The notes below the pieces were generated by a model. That model saw nothing but the letters and a program-made list of their open reading frames with translations. It had not been told where the DNA came from and ran no database searches. Position numbers and translations under genes: made by a program. A stretch of DNA of 63,921 nucleotides, the filler included, from Rhabdomonas costata (Eukaryota), in NCBI GenBank assembly GCA_019059605.1. It is 52 parts of 52 records of this genome, joined end to end, with 100 filler letters (N's around TTAATTAATTAA, not from the genome) between each part and the next. Parts side by side here need not be neighbours in the genome. Positions count along the whole stretch, not along the records: positions 34,472 to 35,604 come from JAHMHO010027046.1; positions 35,705 to 36,835 come from JAHMHO010027047.1; positions 36,936 to 38,066 come from JAHMHO010027048.1; positions 38,167 to 39,297 come from JAHMHO010027049.1; positions 39,398 to 40,528 come from JAHMHO010027050.1; positions 40,629 to 41,759 come from JAHMHO010027051.1; positions 41,860 to 42,990 come from JAHMHO010027052.1; positions 43,091 to 44,221 come from JAHMHO010027053.1; 44 more parts are not named here. The stretch is one strand, 5' to 3'. Position 1 is the stretch's first letter; each line of letters opens with the position of its first letter. This document shows, in pieces, positions 35,143-48,212 of the stretch.

Positions 35143-38100
35143 GTGCCGCCGCCCAGTTAAAACACCAAAGGAGGCGTAGTCAGAGCAGGAAAGCAACTGG
35201 AAGACAGGGGAGAGCCAAAGGAAGGAGGCAGACGCAGGAGGGAAAGTGGATGTACCTGCGCGAGAATCAGGACAGGAGTCGCAAGCGAAAAGCGAACAGC
35301 CAAGAAGTGGAACGTCAGAAGAGCAAGCAGAGGAGCAGGACGACCACGAGGAAGGAGAAGAGCACGGACGTGATGGACCAATGGCGGAGTTGCTGGAATC
35401 AGATCAAGCAGCAGCATGCAGACGCAGTGACGCGACTGGAAGCGGGAGCGAACGAACGGGCCAAAAAGGTCACGGAAGAAAAGCTAATGAGGCTACCTGA
35501 GGCACTCTCCCGTTCCCTATACGAAGCCCTGAACGTGCAACGTGCTCCTCCATAGCGGCGATACGGGCTGCCGGGAAGAGAACAGAGTGTCACCCCCACA
35601 ACACNNNNNNNNNNNNNNNNNNNNNNNNNNNNNNNNNNNNNNNNNNNNTTAATTAATTAANNNNNNNNNNNNNNNNNNNNNNNNNNNNNNNNNNNNNNNN
35701 NNNNGTGTTGGGTGTGGTTGGTGTGGTGGTGCAGAGTGAGCTGATGTTGTGCTGCAATGCAGTTGTATTTGTGAGTTCCGTATTCAGTTTTGGGAGGAAT
35801 GTGGCCAGGAAACTCAAAGCGATCAAAAACTACCAGCAAAAATTTCAGGAGCTCGGCATGAAGGTGGTTGTACAAGATGTTTTAATCATTGTATTGCATT
35901 GCAATTTACTGATTGTTTTGTTGATTTACTGAGAGTGATCATTTTTTGATCCTGCCTTTATTCTGCCTTTTTGCTCCCTCCCTCTGGAGGCGGAGCTTAT
36001 CTTTGTTTGCCTTTTTCTCCAAGAATGGCCCCTTTTTCTGCGCTGCGGCTCCGCCGCGTGTGAGATGGCCACGCGCGGGCTGGTCGCGAGCCCCTTCCAC
36101 TTCCACCTCTCCTTGACATCCTGCCCCGCGCTGCTCGCCTCACCACCGCCCCCGGCCGGCTAAGCGGCACAAGAATCCTGGCGAATTCACCGCTTCCGGT
36201 CCAGATAGAATACGCGGGCTCAGTCTTCTTCAGCTCCTGGTCAAGCCGCTCTCAAAACCACGTGTGTGTTCTTCGTAGGCTGTGCCCAATCCACGGGTCG
36301 ACGCTCGTGGTGGGCTGACCGGCCGCAGCTCCACGTTCACGTGCACCTTGCACACCACCAGGAGCCACCCGCCAGTTTCCTGGAGGTCTTTCTTTCGGCG
36401 GAGAATGTGCAAGAGGTGCTGGATCACTCATGCTACGCGACAGCCGGCACCCCGACCAGCAGACTGCCAAACGGGCCACGCGGACATGGCTCATGACCCA
36501 AGAGGACGACAAAGCACCTATCCCAGGGCAGGTTCCTCCCGAGGACAAGTTTGACGCAACTTGCAGCCTTTGGAGGAAATTTTCAGCGCTCTTGTTCTGA
36601 CGCTCGACCACGACCCCAAGCGATTACCGAGCAACTTTTCGCCCTTGAACAACTTCACGCATCAGACCACGCGCTCCTTTCAGCTTTTGCAGACCCTTTC
36701 TTGCCGCCGGGGCAACCCGGGACTGGGCAGCTAAAGAGTGGGCGAGGCGCTGGTGCCAGCGCAGCGGGTATTGGGGTCTCCTGGTGACGGCTGCAGTGCG
36801 ACCACGTCCGCGAACGGGAGGCCTTCGGCACAACCNNNNNNNNNNNNNNNNNNNNNNNNNNNNNNNNNNNNNNNNNNNNTTAATTAATTAANNNNNNNNN
36901 NNNNNNNNNNNNNNNNNNNNNNNNNNNNNNNNNNNGGTGGGGTGGTGTGTGTTTGGGGGTGAGCGTGGATGACTTTGGCATCGATTTAGGGTTATTGTTA
37001 TTTTTTTTCGGTGAGACAATCCGAGAAAGTGGGAATTGTGAACTGGAAAAGTGTGGATTGCATTGTCGCAAGAAATAGTCTTAAGGGAGGTATTGCTTGG
37101 TCTCTTGTTAGAGTTTGTTGGAGAATTGGGTCCTCGCCTTTTGAAGGACGTTTGAAAATTCAACACAGCAAAGGCTTGCACACGTTGTTGTGCGTTTCTG
37201 GATTGAAGTTTCTTCGCCAAATCATAAGTTGTGTGTCTGGTCAGACTTTACACGGTCTTTTTTAAATCAGTAGTGTTGTATCCATGAAGCGTGGGTCACT
37301 GCTTTTTTCTTGTCCCTCTTGGCCCTTTTGCCTTTTCCACAGCTTCTGTTTTTCTTGTTCTTGCGTTTGTGGGACACGAGGAAATGGTTTGCAGTTTTGT
37401 TTTGTTTTTTCCCTTCCCTTTTTTTATATCGGGTGTTGTGGTCTAGCATGTTTTGGTGACATCCGGAGGTTCACTACAGTGCAAAAAGTAGTGTTGGCAT
37501 CTTTTGAGGAACTACCACCATCGAACTGTGTGGCATCGCTTTCTTCTCCTGTGCTTCTTTTGTATACTTCCCATTGCTGTTCTCCCCCCGGCGATGCCGT
37601 GTGCGACAAGGTACTGTTCGAATGCTGAGTTTTCCTTACTTTTTCGCACTACACAGGTTTACACAGGTGTACACAAATTTTTTATTGCCGTGTGCTTTTT
37701 CCGTTGTGCTTCAGCTGCGCTCCATCTCCAAGTCCAGTACGTTTTCGGAAAACACCACGGACGACTCCCTTGGAAATGAGCCGGAAAAGGTGCCACCCAC
37801 CTTTTCACTGGCTGAGTTCATCTATTTTCCGTACTCGGAGTACGCAATTATTTTAGATGCAAGCTAACCTTGCAAGCTAACTACGGTTGGTGAAAGAGGA
37901 CAGCCTTCCCGCTCCCCACTCTCCGCTTGCAACCCGAACCTGCATGTATGCGTGGAGGGAGGGAGTGTGTGGATATGCCTGTGCAGCTCTTCTTGCGCGT
38001 GGGCTTCGTGGATGCCGATGAGGTGCTGCGGCAGCACCTCATCGGCATCCACGAAGCCCACCCACANNNNNNNNNNNNNNNNNNNNNNNNNNNNNNNNNN

Positions 38101-38605
38101 NNNNNNNNNNTTAATTAATTAANNNNNNNNNNNNNNNNNNNNNNNNNNNNNNNNNNNNNNNNNNNNGGGGGGTGGGTGTTCTCTAATACATGACCGCAAT
38201 GTGAGTCTCCGGCTTTTCATGGCCTTGCAGTCGCAGTTTTCTGCCGTTTTTCCTGTCATTCCATGTGGACTCGACGGGGCTGGATGTGCTTGTTGTTGCT
38301 TTTGAACAGGATACCAAAAACAACAAAAGCCGGCGTCAGGGAAGAAGAAAGCGAGCGCCAAACCAGCGAAAAAATGATTAGTAATGCGTCTGGACCGAGG
38401 GAGACCAGCTTTGCAGGGTGAATCCGCCGTCTCTTTTCTCGCAATTATTGATGCCACTCAGTGCCCTTTTGTGGTTACCATTTTTTGTCTTCTCCACCAT
38501 GCTTTCACCAGTTCAGTTGTTTTTCTTTTCTTTCTGACAATTCCTTTCTACCTGACCGTCACCTTCCCGTAGTTCCTGCCTTTTCCGTGTCTCTCTTCCT
38601 CTGGA

Positions 38606-38826
38606 ATGTCAAAAAGTGTGCCCGAGTCCCTCCTTCAAAGGGTGAACGCCGCCCAGAGGTGGATCGAGTGCCGGGTCTGCAAGGAGGGTGACTCCGCCGC
38701 CCTGCGCCGCCAGAAGGTCTCCCTTGCCTTCTTCCTGTGCGGGGCGTGGACCTGGCCCTTCTCCTCGGGGCTGCTGGCGTGGTGGGTGCAGCAGAATGAC
38801 TACTGCGCGCTGTGCAACGGAAGAAA
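38606..38826 (+). CDS. LITAF-like zinc-binding membrane protein, first exon
   Basis: MSKSVPESLLQRVNAAQRWIECRVC..hydrophobic segment..NDYCALCNG: CxxC-hydrophobic-CxxC with strong GC3 bias. The 3' boundary is uncertain. Confidence 0.55.
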
Positions 38827-39397
38827 TGCCAGGGGAGGACCCGCGAAAAGATACCGCAGCAAAGTTCAGAAGCAACACCGTTTTCGCAACTACGCAATGT
38901 CTCCTTCGCCAAAACGACGGCGAAATAGCAGAGGTTGGCAAACGAGCCGGGGGGCGAGCAACAGAACACATGGCAAGACAAAAGGACAAGGTAGGGGGCA
39001 AAACAGAATGGAAAAAAGGGGAACATCGCAGGGAAAGAGGAAATCACGCAAGCATTGCCGGCAACGCGGCCCAGGGCTGCGGCAAAACAAAAAATAAAAA
39101 TGAAAAGAAGAAAGAAAAACAAAAACAGACGAACAGAGGTAGGCGCACGAGGTAGGCAGGAAATGCGATGCACAGAAACAAAGCAAACCGGCATTCGCAG
39201 AGGGGCCCGAAAAACCGGGCGCAACTCAGCCGCAAGGGGATCGGCCAGGGGAACTGCCAGTCTGAACACAGCATATAGCTTTAGCGACCAACACCACNNN
39301 NNNNNNNNNNNNNNNNNNNNNNNNNNNNNNNNNNNNNNNNNTTAATTAATTAANNNNNNNNNNNNNNNNNNNNNNNNNNNNNNNNNNNNNNNNNNNN

Positions 39398-40528
39398 GTG
39401 GTGGCACAAACGTTTTGGAACGGCCTGCCTCCGGGCTTGCCTGGGAAGATGGTGAGGGAAAGTATAGATTTGACGTGGCCATCGAGACTGCGCTCGTCAC
39501 GTCCTGACCGCAGATTCCAGACTTTGGTGGTTTTGTCAGAACTGGCGCTAGCAATTCGACTGTCATCGTGGCTAAGTGCCACAGCATTAACGGAGTCTGT
39601 ATGGCCACAAAGGTTGCGCTCCTCCATTCCCGAGTACAAATTCCAAACCTTAACAGCACTGTCGGCACTTCCGCTGACAACTCGACTTCCATCGGAGCTG
39701 AAACACACACTGAGGACAGAGTTAACATGGCCATCAAAGCGCCGTTCCTCCATCCCCAGCATAAGGTTCCAAACTCTGATCGACTTGTCAGAACTCCCAC
39801 TGACAACCCGTAATCCATCAGCGCTGAATGTCACCGCATTGACGCCATCTCCATGACCACATAGATTAAACTCTTCTTTTCCGGAATGAAGATTCCATAT
39901 CTTTATGGTTTTGTCGGAACTTCCGCTTGCAATGCGAGCTCCATCAGGGGTTATCGCAACCGCGTTGACGGATTTAGCGTGACCAGAAAGGGTCCTTTCT
40001 AGCTTTCCGGAGGACAAGCTCCATACCTTGACTGTTTTGTCTTTGCTTCCGCTCACAACTCGAGAAGAATCAGCCGGCACAGCCACAGCGTTAACGGAAT
40101 TAGTGTGGCCACGAAAGCTGGACACCGTTGTCCCAGAGAGAAGATCCCATACTTTAACCGTGTTGTCCGCACCTCCGCTGAAAAGTTGACGACCATCTGA
40201 GCTCAGTCTTATGGCAAGTACGGAACTTGTATGACCAAAGAGACACCTCACCTCCTTCCCCGACCGCGTGCACCACACCCTAATCGTGTGATCGTCGCTT
40301 GCGCTCATGATCTGAATTCCGTCAGGGCTAACTACGGCAGCGTTGACTGCATTTTTATGCCCAACAAGGGGGGCTTCTTCACCGCATATAACCTTTTCCA
40401 AAGATGCACAGGTCAAATCCACATTCACGAGACGAGGCCGAGTAAGTACGCTATATCGAAGGTCAGCACCTCTCAGGCTGCAATTCAGGAACTGCGAGCC
40501 ATCCAAATGGGCACCGGCAAACCACCAC
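39398..40528 (-). CDS. Intronless pentapeptide-repeat + WD40-repeat protein (NWD/HET-E-like C-terminal half; both ends truncated)
   Basis: Open frame across the contig: NCSLRGADLRYSVLTRPRLVNVDLTCASLEKV followed by seven or more similar GH..SVNAVA.S.DG.RVVSGS.DKT.KVW.L.SG.EER repeats. Confidence 0.92.
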
Positions 40529-42013
40529 NNNNNNNNNNNNNNNNNNNNNNNNNNNNNNNNNNNNNNNNNNNNTTAATTAATTAANNNNNNNNNNNNNNNN
40601 NNNNNNNNNNNNNNNNNNNNNNNNNNNNGGGTGGGGGTGTGGTGGAGATTCTATGTCGGGGAGTGGGGTGGAAATGCATGGAGATTCTTCTCCTTTGATT
40701 GTTTGGGTGGGCAAAGCTTTTCCTCTGTAGGCTGATTGACTTCAGTGGACTTTGCGCGCGGCGGCATTGCGGTACCCTTGTGGAACTTTTTCTTTCCCGT
40801 GGGACGCGGAGAAGGGATTGGAGCGCCCGAAGGCGGTCAAAAAGTGTGGGATGCCTTTTTTGCGGTGCGTTATTGAGAAGCCAGACAGGATGGCATTCTT
40901 TGAAGGCACTCGTCGAATGAAAAAGGAACTGCGTGCAAGCCATTGCCCGTCGAGCTGTTCATAGAAGTTTATAGCTTTCCCCTTTCTTGGCTCACTTCCC
41001 CTGCCTTGACATGCCTCCATGCCGTGACAGCCTTCGCTTGAACACCCTCTCGTTGCCCTCCCTCCGCGCCCACTTCCGCAGAACCTTCACTTCTCTTCTG
41101 TCGTGTGTTTGCTCATTTCTGCCTCTGCGGTGGCTGCTTTTGTTCCCGCGCTTGCTTGTGATCAAAGAAGCCTCAAAGAAGCTTGAGGCCAGCCCTTCTC
41201 TTGCAGGAAGGTTCTCTTGAAGGAAGATCCGCATAGAGATGCAGGCTGGTTCTCAGTCTGCTCAGGCGCTGCAGCAGGTCCGTTGGCGACCTTTTTTTGC
41301 ACTTTCTCTTTCAGAGATTGCGGCTTCCTCCAGAACCTACCTGACATTTCTTGCCCCGCCCTTCCCCCACACTCCCTGTGTGACTTTTGTCATGGCCCCA
41401 CCTTGACTGGAGCAGGAGCCGAACCCCTGACCCCGCAGCCTATGTTTGGTTGGGTGGGACAAACCATCAGAAACAACTGTGTCTAAGGCAAACAAAAATG
41501 TAGCTTTGGGCGTTGTACTTCACCTCTTTGCTTGCCCCCTTTAGATCGAAAGTGGGCTGTCTGACTTCCACCCATTTCAGCGGCCTGGATTTTCCTCTCC
41601 TTTTCCATACTTGTTTGCTTCCTACTAAAACTGTTTTTGGGCTGGGGCCCGTGAAAAAATATACACCAGGACTTCACGTGCGGGGACTTCACTTGCAACC
41701 TTCGGGTTAGACGTGAAGTCCCCGCACGTGAAGTCCTGGTGTATATTTTTTCACGGGCCNNNNNNNNNNNNNNNNNNNNNNNNNNNNNNNNNNNNNNNNN
41801 NNNTTAATTAATTAANNNNNNNNNNNNNNNNNNNNNNNNNNNNNNNNNNNNNNNNNNNNGTTTTTTGTGGGTGAAGCCGAAGCCGAAGCCGAAGCCGCCG
41901 TGGGTGAGTATCTCACGCGGGGCACTTGCCCAGCAGGGATGTGACAGGGTCAGTTTTCTGCCAGCCCTCTCTCGTGTGCACATTCGCGCGCGTCTCCGTG
42001 GTGTGCGCCTCAG

Positions 42014-42959
42014 GAGGAGGAGAAGCTTGCCGCTTTGCAGCAGAAGCAAGGCTCTGGGCTGAATCTGGACTCGTCGAAAGAGAGCTCGGCCCTTGGCTCG
42101 CCAGTGAGCTCGTTCCGCGAGCCTCCGGTGACGGACCCCTTGGCGATGCTTGCGCAGTGCTCCCGAATTGCGGAAAAATTCTCGCCCACGATGGCGGGCT
42201 CCCTGTGCAAGTACCTCACTGGGCTGGCCAACGGGGTTTGGGCACAGCTCTTCTCGGACGAGCCGGGGCTGAAGGGCAACAGCAAGGCGATCTTCCAGAA
42301 GGTACCCGGGAAGGGAAGGGATTTTGAAATCCTGAAAAAGTGCCAGGGCATGATTTTCGTGTGATGAAATCAGGTACGGGCATCATGCCCCCCCCCCCCG
42401 TTTTGCGGTGCGGACCCCAGATATGTATTGAGGGTGTGTTGCGCAGGGGGGGGGCTCTGCCTATGCATTTAGGGGAACTTTACCCCATGCGAGAACTTCT
42501 CTCATGTCCTGGTGGACGCCCAAGGGCTTGGAAAGCGACGCATCTCGCAAGGAGGAACCCACTCCACACGCACATACGCATCATCGTCTTGCGGAAGCAG
42601 TCTATTCCAGAGCTGGTTATGGGGAACCGTATAACAACGATTCATTGTGCGGTTTTATAACGTGATGTGCAGCAACTTGAGTAACCACACCCTCGCCCCT
42701 CTCCTGATCTGTGTCTCCTGATCTTCTTCTTATTTGTTGCCACCTCTTCCTGGTGCACAAATACATCTCTCTCTTCCCGCTGGCCAGGTCTGTGCCTGCC
42801 TGAAGGACAGAACAAAGGAGTGTCAGGCCAACATGAGGGTAATCCTGGAGGCCCGCGCAGAGACCCGCAATCTGGCGCAGCAGCTGGAAGCCACCAAGGC
42901 TGAGCTGGCCGCCGCGCGCCGCCACTCCGCTCACAGCCCCGGCCCAGCGAAGGTCCCCG
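42014..42959 (+). CDS. Unknown coiled-coil protein, exons 42014-42300 and 42788-42959 (partial)
   Basis: GC3-rich frames bounded by AG/GT and joined in phase 0 (..SKAIFQK/VCACLKDRTKE..LAQQLEATKAELAAAR). Confidence 0.65.
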
Positions 42960-43304
42960 GTATGCATGACCAACATGCCCCCACCCACACNNNNNNNNNN
43001 NNNNNNNNNNNNNNNNNNNNNNNNNNNNNNNNNNTTAATTAATTAANNNNNNNNNNNNNNNNNNNNNNNNNNNNNNNNNNNNNNNNNNNNAATGATGGTG
43101 ATGAGGTTGCAGCCAAAGCAGCGAGGAGAGGCAACAGATCACTCAAATGCCTCGCGCTGGTCCATAAATGGCACGAATCCATAATTACTTTTACGGCAGT
43201 TAAGAGGTTAAGAGGTTTTTTGGTGTTTTGAAAAGGGGCACCGGGTCACATGTACGGATTTAAAAGTGCTCTTCCAAGGGTGCCTACGAAGCGGACATGG
43301 ATAC

Positions 43305-43414
43305 CTGCAGGGATGTCCTGGAGGGTGCCCAGCCAGCCATCCCCGATCTCGGCCTTCAGAGTCTCAATGTTCTTTCGGATGGCCTCCGCCTTCAGAGCTT
43401 CCGTCTCCACTGGC
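43305..43414 (-). CDS. Isolated exon of an unknown protein
   Basis: PVETEALKAEAIRKNIETLKAEIGDGWLGTLQDIPA between CAG and GTAT. Confidence 0.5.
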
Positions 43415-45824
43415 CTGGGACATAATTGCGGGGCGGAGAAGTGAAGGTGTACCTTTAATTCCATAAGGAGTTTAGACCACCAACCTGCTTTAGCCCCTAG
43501 GATACTGGACCGCAGCGGAGCATCCTCAGTCTTTAAAAATAATCCCTTTGACAAAGTTTACCCATTCCCATGGTTCTAGGGTTTTAACCGTTCCCGTGTT
43601 CCAGAGGGAACAGGGTGTTTAGATGGCCTCAAGGACTCAGGACTCTTCAAATGCATTTCACATAATCTCTTGGCTCTGGTGGTGGATATGCTTGTCCGCT
43701 TGAAGCCAAGGGACACAGAAATCTCTGCGAGGGGTGGAGGGCAATGCTCTGCTCCCGAGCCACTCTGCCTTCAGGTCGGAAGCGCACCCAAACAACCCAA
43801 GATTCATGGGTCCAACCATATCTGTGCTTTAGGGAGGATGTATCGCTTCCTGGGGAACAAAAAACCAAGACAATTCCAGCACAGCAGCAAGTGGTGTACT
43901 TTGTAGAAGTAGAGGGGTCGTAATCTGAACTGCAGAGGGCTGCAACTCCCGTCACCTCGACCCTCTTTAAGAGGTGAGGACAAAGTGCCTAGTATCTCTT
44001 CAATAAACAGTGGCAAAGTCCTAACTACGACCCGCTTGTTCGCACAAGGGGCGCTGTCCCGGGAAGGCAACATGAGTATACCTGGGTAAAAGGGAAAGGT
44101 GGAAGAAATGGTGGGTCACGTCGTCTAGGACAGCCGGTGATAAGGTGCCACATCGGAATGACCCGAGACGGCATCCAAATAGGAAGGCTCAGCAAGAGTA
44201 GAGGGGGGGGGGGACACAAAANNNNNNNNNNNNNNNNNNNNNNNNNNNNNNNNNNNNNNNNNNNNTTAATTAATTAANNNNNNNNNNNNNNNNNNNNNNN
44301 NNNNNNNNNNNNNNNNNNNNNGGGTTTTTGTGACACAGCCAACATGCGGGAAGTGCTAACAGTGATGTTAACTCGGGTAGAGCTCCCCGTATGCCAGTAT
44401 TGGGAGATGTCTTGGGATTCTTGAGCAGTCCGCCACGTCGTACTTGTGCGGCGCCACTATCCACTGTGGGCTGACTCGCCACAGTCATTCAACACTGCTT
44501 CCTATCAAGTCCCCATGGGTAGGTGCTCAGCCAGTTGCGTCCCTAAACGCAAATTTTTCTCACAATAGCACTCAAAGGGTGCTTGCAGTGCGACACTGCT
44601 GCGGAGAAGCCGACCCCGCCTGGCACTGCACACGTGCCCGGTGCTGGACCGTAAGGTGCCTTTTGGGGAAGTGTGTCAGCTTTGCCACAGTCGTACTGGG
44701 CTGAATCTATTGAGCAATACGGGGCAAGCTATTTCTTGCCACCGCAACCGCTCCATTTTCACTGTTAGCCCTTGACTCCCACTCTAGCCTAAAGGAAAAC
44801 GTAACCGTAACCGTAACCACGTTTTGAGGGCAAGTCCTAACGTACAGCTGGGGCTGGGGTAACGTCCCCTTATCTTGATTTTGTGTGCCGCATTTTTGCC
44901 CTATATGATGTTACGTCTGCGCTTGCTGCTTTTGGTGCGTACCTTCTTCAGTTTCACTGCTTCCGGATCCCCGCCGTCACGCTGCCCGCGAATTCACCAG
45001 TACCCCCCAGGGTTTCTGTGGAAATCTCGCCCATGAGCGCAGTTGCGAGCACCCCTCTGACCTCCAGTGAATCACGCCACAAGCCCAGCCCTGCCTCCAA
45101 GCTCAACACTCAGCGGTGTGTACGATTACTTCAGGGACTTTTTTAAGTTGGCCTAAGCATAACTGAGTGCCGACCGCAAATCACGCAGCATGCTGCCATC
45201 GAACACAAAACCTTGCAAAGCCGTAACGGGGATACGTTCATCGCGTTTTGAGAAGCTTCAGTGTTTTGCAAAAGTGTTTGAACCCCCCATTCACCCCCGA
45301 AGTTCAGGTTTACGGGACCAAAGCCTATGTTCGAATGCTCGTCACCGGATGTTTCGAAGAGAACAGGACACGCTGCCTCATTGCGAAGCGCAAGTCTAGA
45401 AGCCCTACAACAAGCTCGTTTGAAGCACAAAACCCCCCAAACACACCAACACNNNNNNNNNNNNNNNNNNNNNNNNNNNNNNNNNNNNNNNNNNNNTTAA
45501 TTAATTAANNNNNNNNNNNNNNNNNNNNNNNNNNNNNNNNNNNNNNNNNNNNGGGTGGGGGTTGAACTGGCCACGCTTCATGTGCACCTGTGGCAGGCAG
45601 GTTGTTGCAGAATTGGACGACTCAATGGGCTCAGGTGAACGCAGGAAAAAGAACATTGGGAAGAAACCGAAAGGGACCGAAAGGGAGCTGAGCCCGGTGA
45701 GAATCAGAATCAATTCGCTTCAAAAGAAAATGTCTTGAAAGGTCTCTCAGACCAGCAGGAACAAGCACAAATGGATCCCGGGGGCTGCAACGCATTGTTT
45801 TTGGCAAATCAAAGGGTGGCGCTA

Positions 45825-46027
45825 GTGCATCCTGTATCCCCCCCCCTTCAAAAACATCCTGTATCTCCCCCCTCGCCTTCAAGTGCATCCTGGACATGGA
45901 TCAAGTGCATCCTGCCTGCATCCCGCTTGCCGATGCTTTCTTCCAGGATGATCCTAGGTGCTTCCGCCAGAGTCTCGGAAGGGAATCCAAGATGTACCTG
46001 TTCAGCGGGGGAGGTTCCAGGATGCAC
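45825..46027. repeat. Cluster of GTGCATCCTG-type motifs, direct on the left and inverted on the right
   Basis: Copies at ~45825, 45854, 45883, 45905 and 45917; inverted copies at ~45944, 45988 and 46018. Confidence 0.7.
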
Positions 46028-48013
46028 CTTCGCCCAAAGGGTTCTGTCAAAAAAAAAACAATGGGTGTGTCTAGCAAAACAGAAAGGCTGAAGGAAAGAC
46101 TAAGACAGAACAAAATGGCAGACCACCCTGTACCATACTCCTACACAAATAGCCAACCCCCAAACCTTCTAACCTATGTTAAATTTATCCAGAAAATAAA
46201 TTTTTCAATTCTAAATGGAACACTCGGTATTTTGTTGCTGAAAAGAATACCGGTGTTTCTTGGGGCACCTCGATCTTTGTCTCCGATGATTGGGTCATAG
46301 TCACGCAACAAGAGTTGGTCGGACTTACCCCCTTCAGCCCAGTTCCACACTTTGAGATTTGGTGTCTTCTTGTGTTGTTTGGTGCCCGCCTGCTTTCTCT
46401 CCCCTGCGTGCCAAGAATGCTTTCTGCTGACCACCTGGGATTTCGCCCGGGTGCGCAGCTCCACCATCTCGGGCCTCCTGAAGAACCGCAGACCAGCTAC
46501 TCTGCGGGTTCCTCCGGCTCTTCCGCGGCGACTTCTCGCGCTGACACCAGCTCCGCAAGTCTTCCTGCTTGCCCGCGAAGCTCTCCTTCTTCCGCCTCCG
46601 CAGTCTCTGCACCGCCTCAGAGAGCTCCACCAGGCAAGTCTACGGCGCCTTGGCCGCCCTTTACGGCATCCCACCACCACCCNNNNNNNNNNNNNNNNNN
46701 NNNNNNNNNNNNNNNNNNNNNNNNNNTTAATTAATTAANNNNNNNNNNNNNNNNNNNNNNNNNNNNNNNNNNNNNNNNNNNNTTGTTTGTGGAGTCGTTG
46801 CGAGGTTGTGTGGCTCCCTTATTCCTTCGCTCTTAATTTGGCCGCATCGGGGAGATTGTGAGAGCAGTTTAAGATGCATATGGGGTTGAATTGTATTTGG
46901 TCCCTGTTCCCTCTCCCTGCTCAGCTCCCTGTGCGATCTCGGACATAGCATTTCCTGTCATGCCCTCCCGTCGGCAATCTATACAGGGCTTCGCGCAGCT
47001 TGTCATGGCTCAACTGAACCCGCCTGCTTTCGCGAGAAACAAGAAGCTGGCGCCCCGATATGCGCCTTGTTATAAGGGGGCCTCTTTCCTCAGAGTGGCC
47101 CCGATGAACCCTTGTGCAAGTTACTCCTACCCACCCAAAGAAGACAAAAAAGACAGACAGACACTCACACCCACCCACACAAGCACCTTTCGCGGTTTAG
47201 CCGCGTCGCCTGGCATGTTCGCCTGACAATGGCAACCGCTATTCCGTATAGTGTGTGCTGGAGTTCTTTCCTGGGGATTCCTCTGGTTCAGTGGGAACCA
47301 CCGGAGAAGCTTCATTTGTACTGTATGAACTGCTGTGGACTTGGTCCACATGCTCGCTCCTGTTTGCTCTGGCCCGGTCTTTTGTTCTATTGGTGTTCGG
47401 CTCCACTTCATGTTCACTTTCATACCACTGGCATATGGTGCTTTCATGGAATTGGGAAGGGTAAGTGGTGGAATATATTCCATGACATTGGGAGAAACCC
47501 AGCTGCACCCAAGTGCTTAGAGGCGGGAAGATATCCACCACGTCCACGGTATGATGTCTCTAAGCTCAATTCCGTCTGCACACCGTTTGCAGAGGTAGTC
47601 TAATCGTAAGAAATGGAGAACTTTTTGTGCCTTTTGGTTCGAGATTTTTCGTGAGCGTATTTTTGCTCTGGAAAATTTTTCTTTGCTGGTTTTTTTTTGG
47701 GGGGTAGAATCGTCAGATTAAGTTTACGAGGCGGAAATTGGCCAGGGAGGTGGGAAAGCTGCCGTGAAATATATACAATTCCGCGCAACGGCGATGCGCC
47801 ATCAAATGCCCCTGTCCAAAGTGAACCCCACCCTCAAGGCCTCTTTTTGTGTCTTTAAGACATCCGCGGATTTAGTGGCTGACCAAGAAGGCACCCCTGT
47901 CCTGATGCAGGTANNNNNNNNNNNNNNNNNNNNNNNNNNNNNNNNNNNNNNNNNNNNTTAATTAATTAANNNNNNNNNNNNNNNNNNNNNNNNNNNNNNN
48001 NNNNNNNNNNNNN

Positions 48014-48172
48014 TGTGTTGGGGCGAGGCGTGGGGAGCAGGGCGGCGGGTGGCGTTCTCGCGGAGGTTCGCGTCGGTGTACAGCGTGACCTGCGAGGAAT
48101 TGTGGCCGTCGCCTAACGCGGGGGACCTACGGGATGGCAATCATCTGAACCTAGTGTGGGCGCGCCGTCTCT

Positions 48173-48212
<40 letters not shown>

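Noticed and set aside
43560-44221. Possible reverse-transcriptase relic (YLDA-like motif on the minus strand)
   Set aside because: No YxDD or other RT motifs in a consistent frame; too degraded to support.
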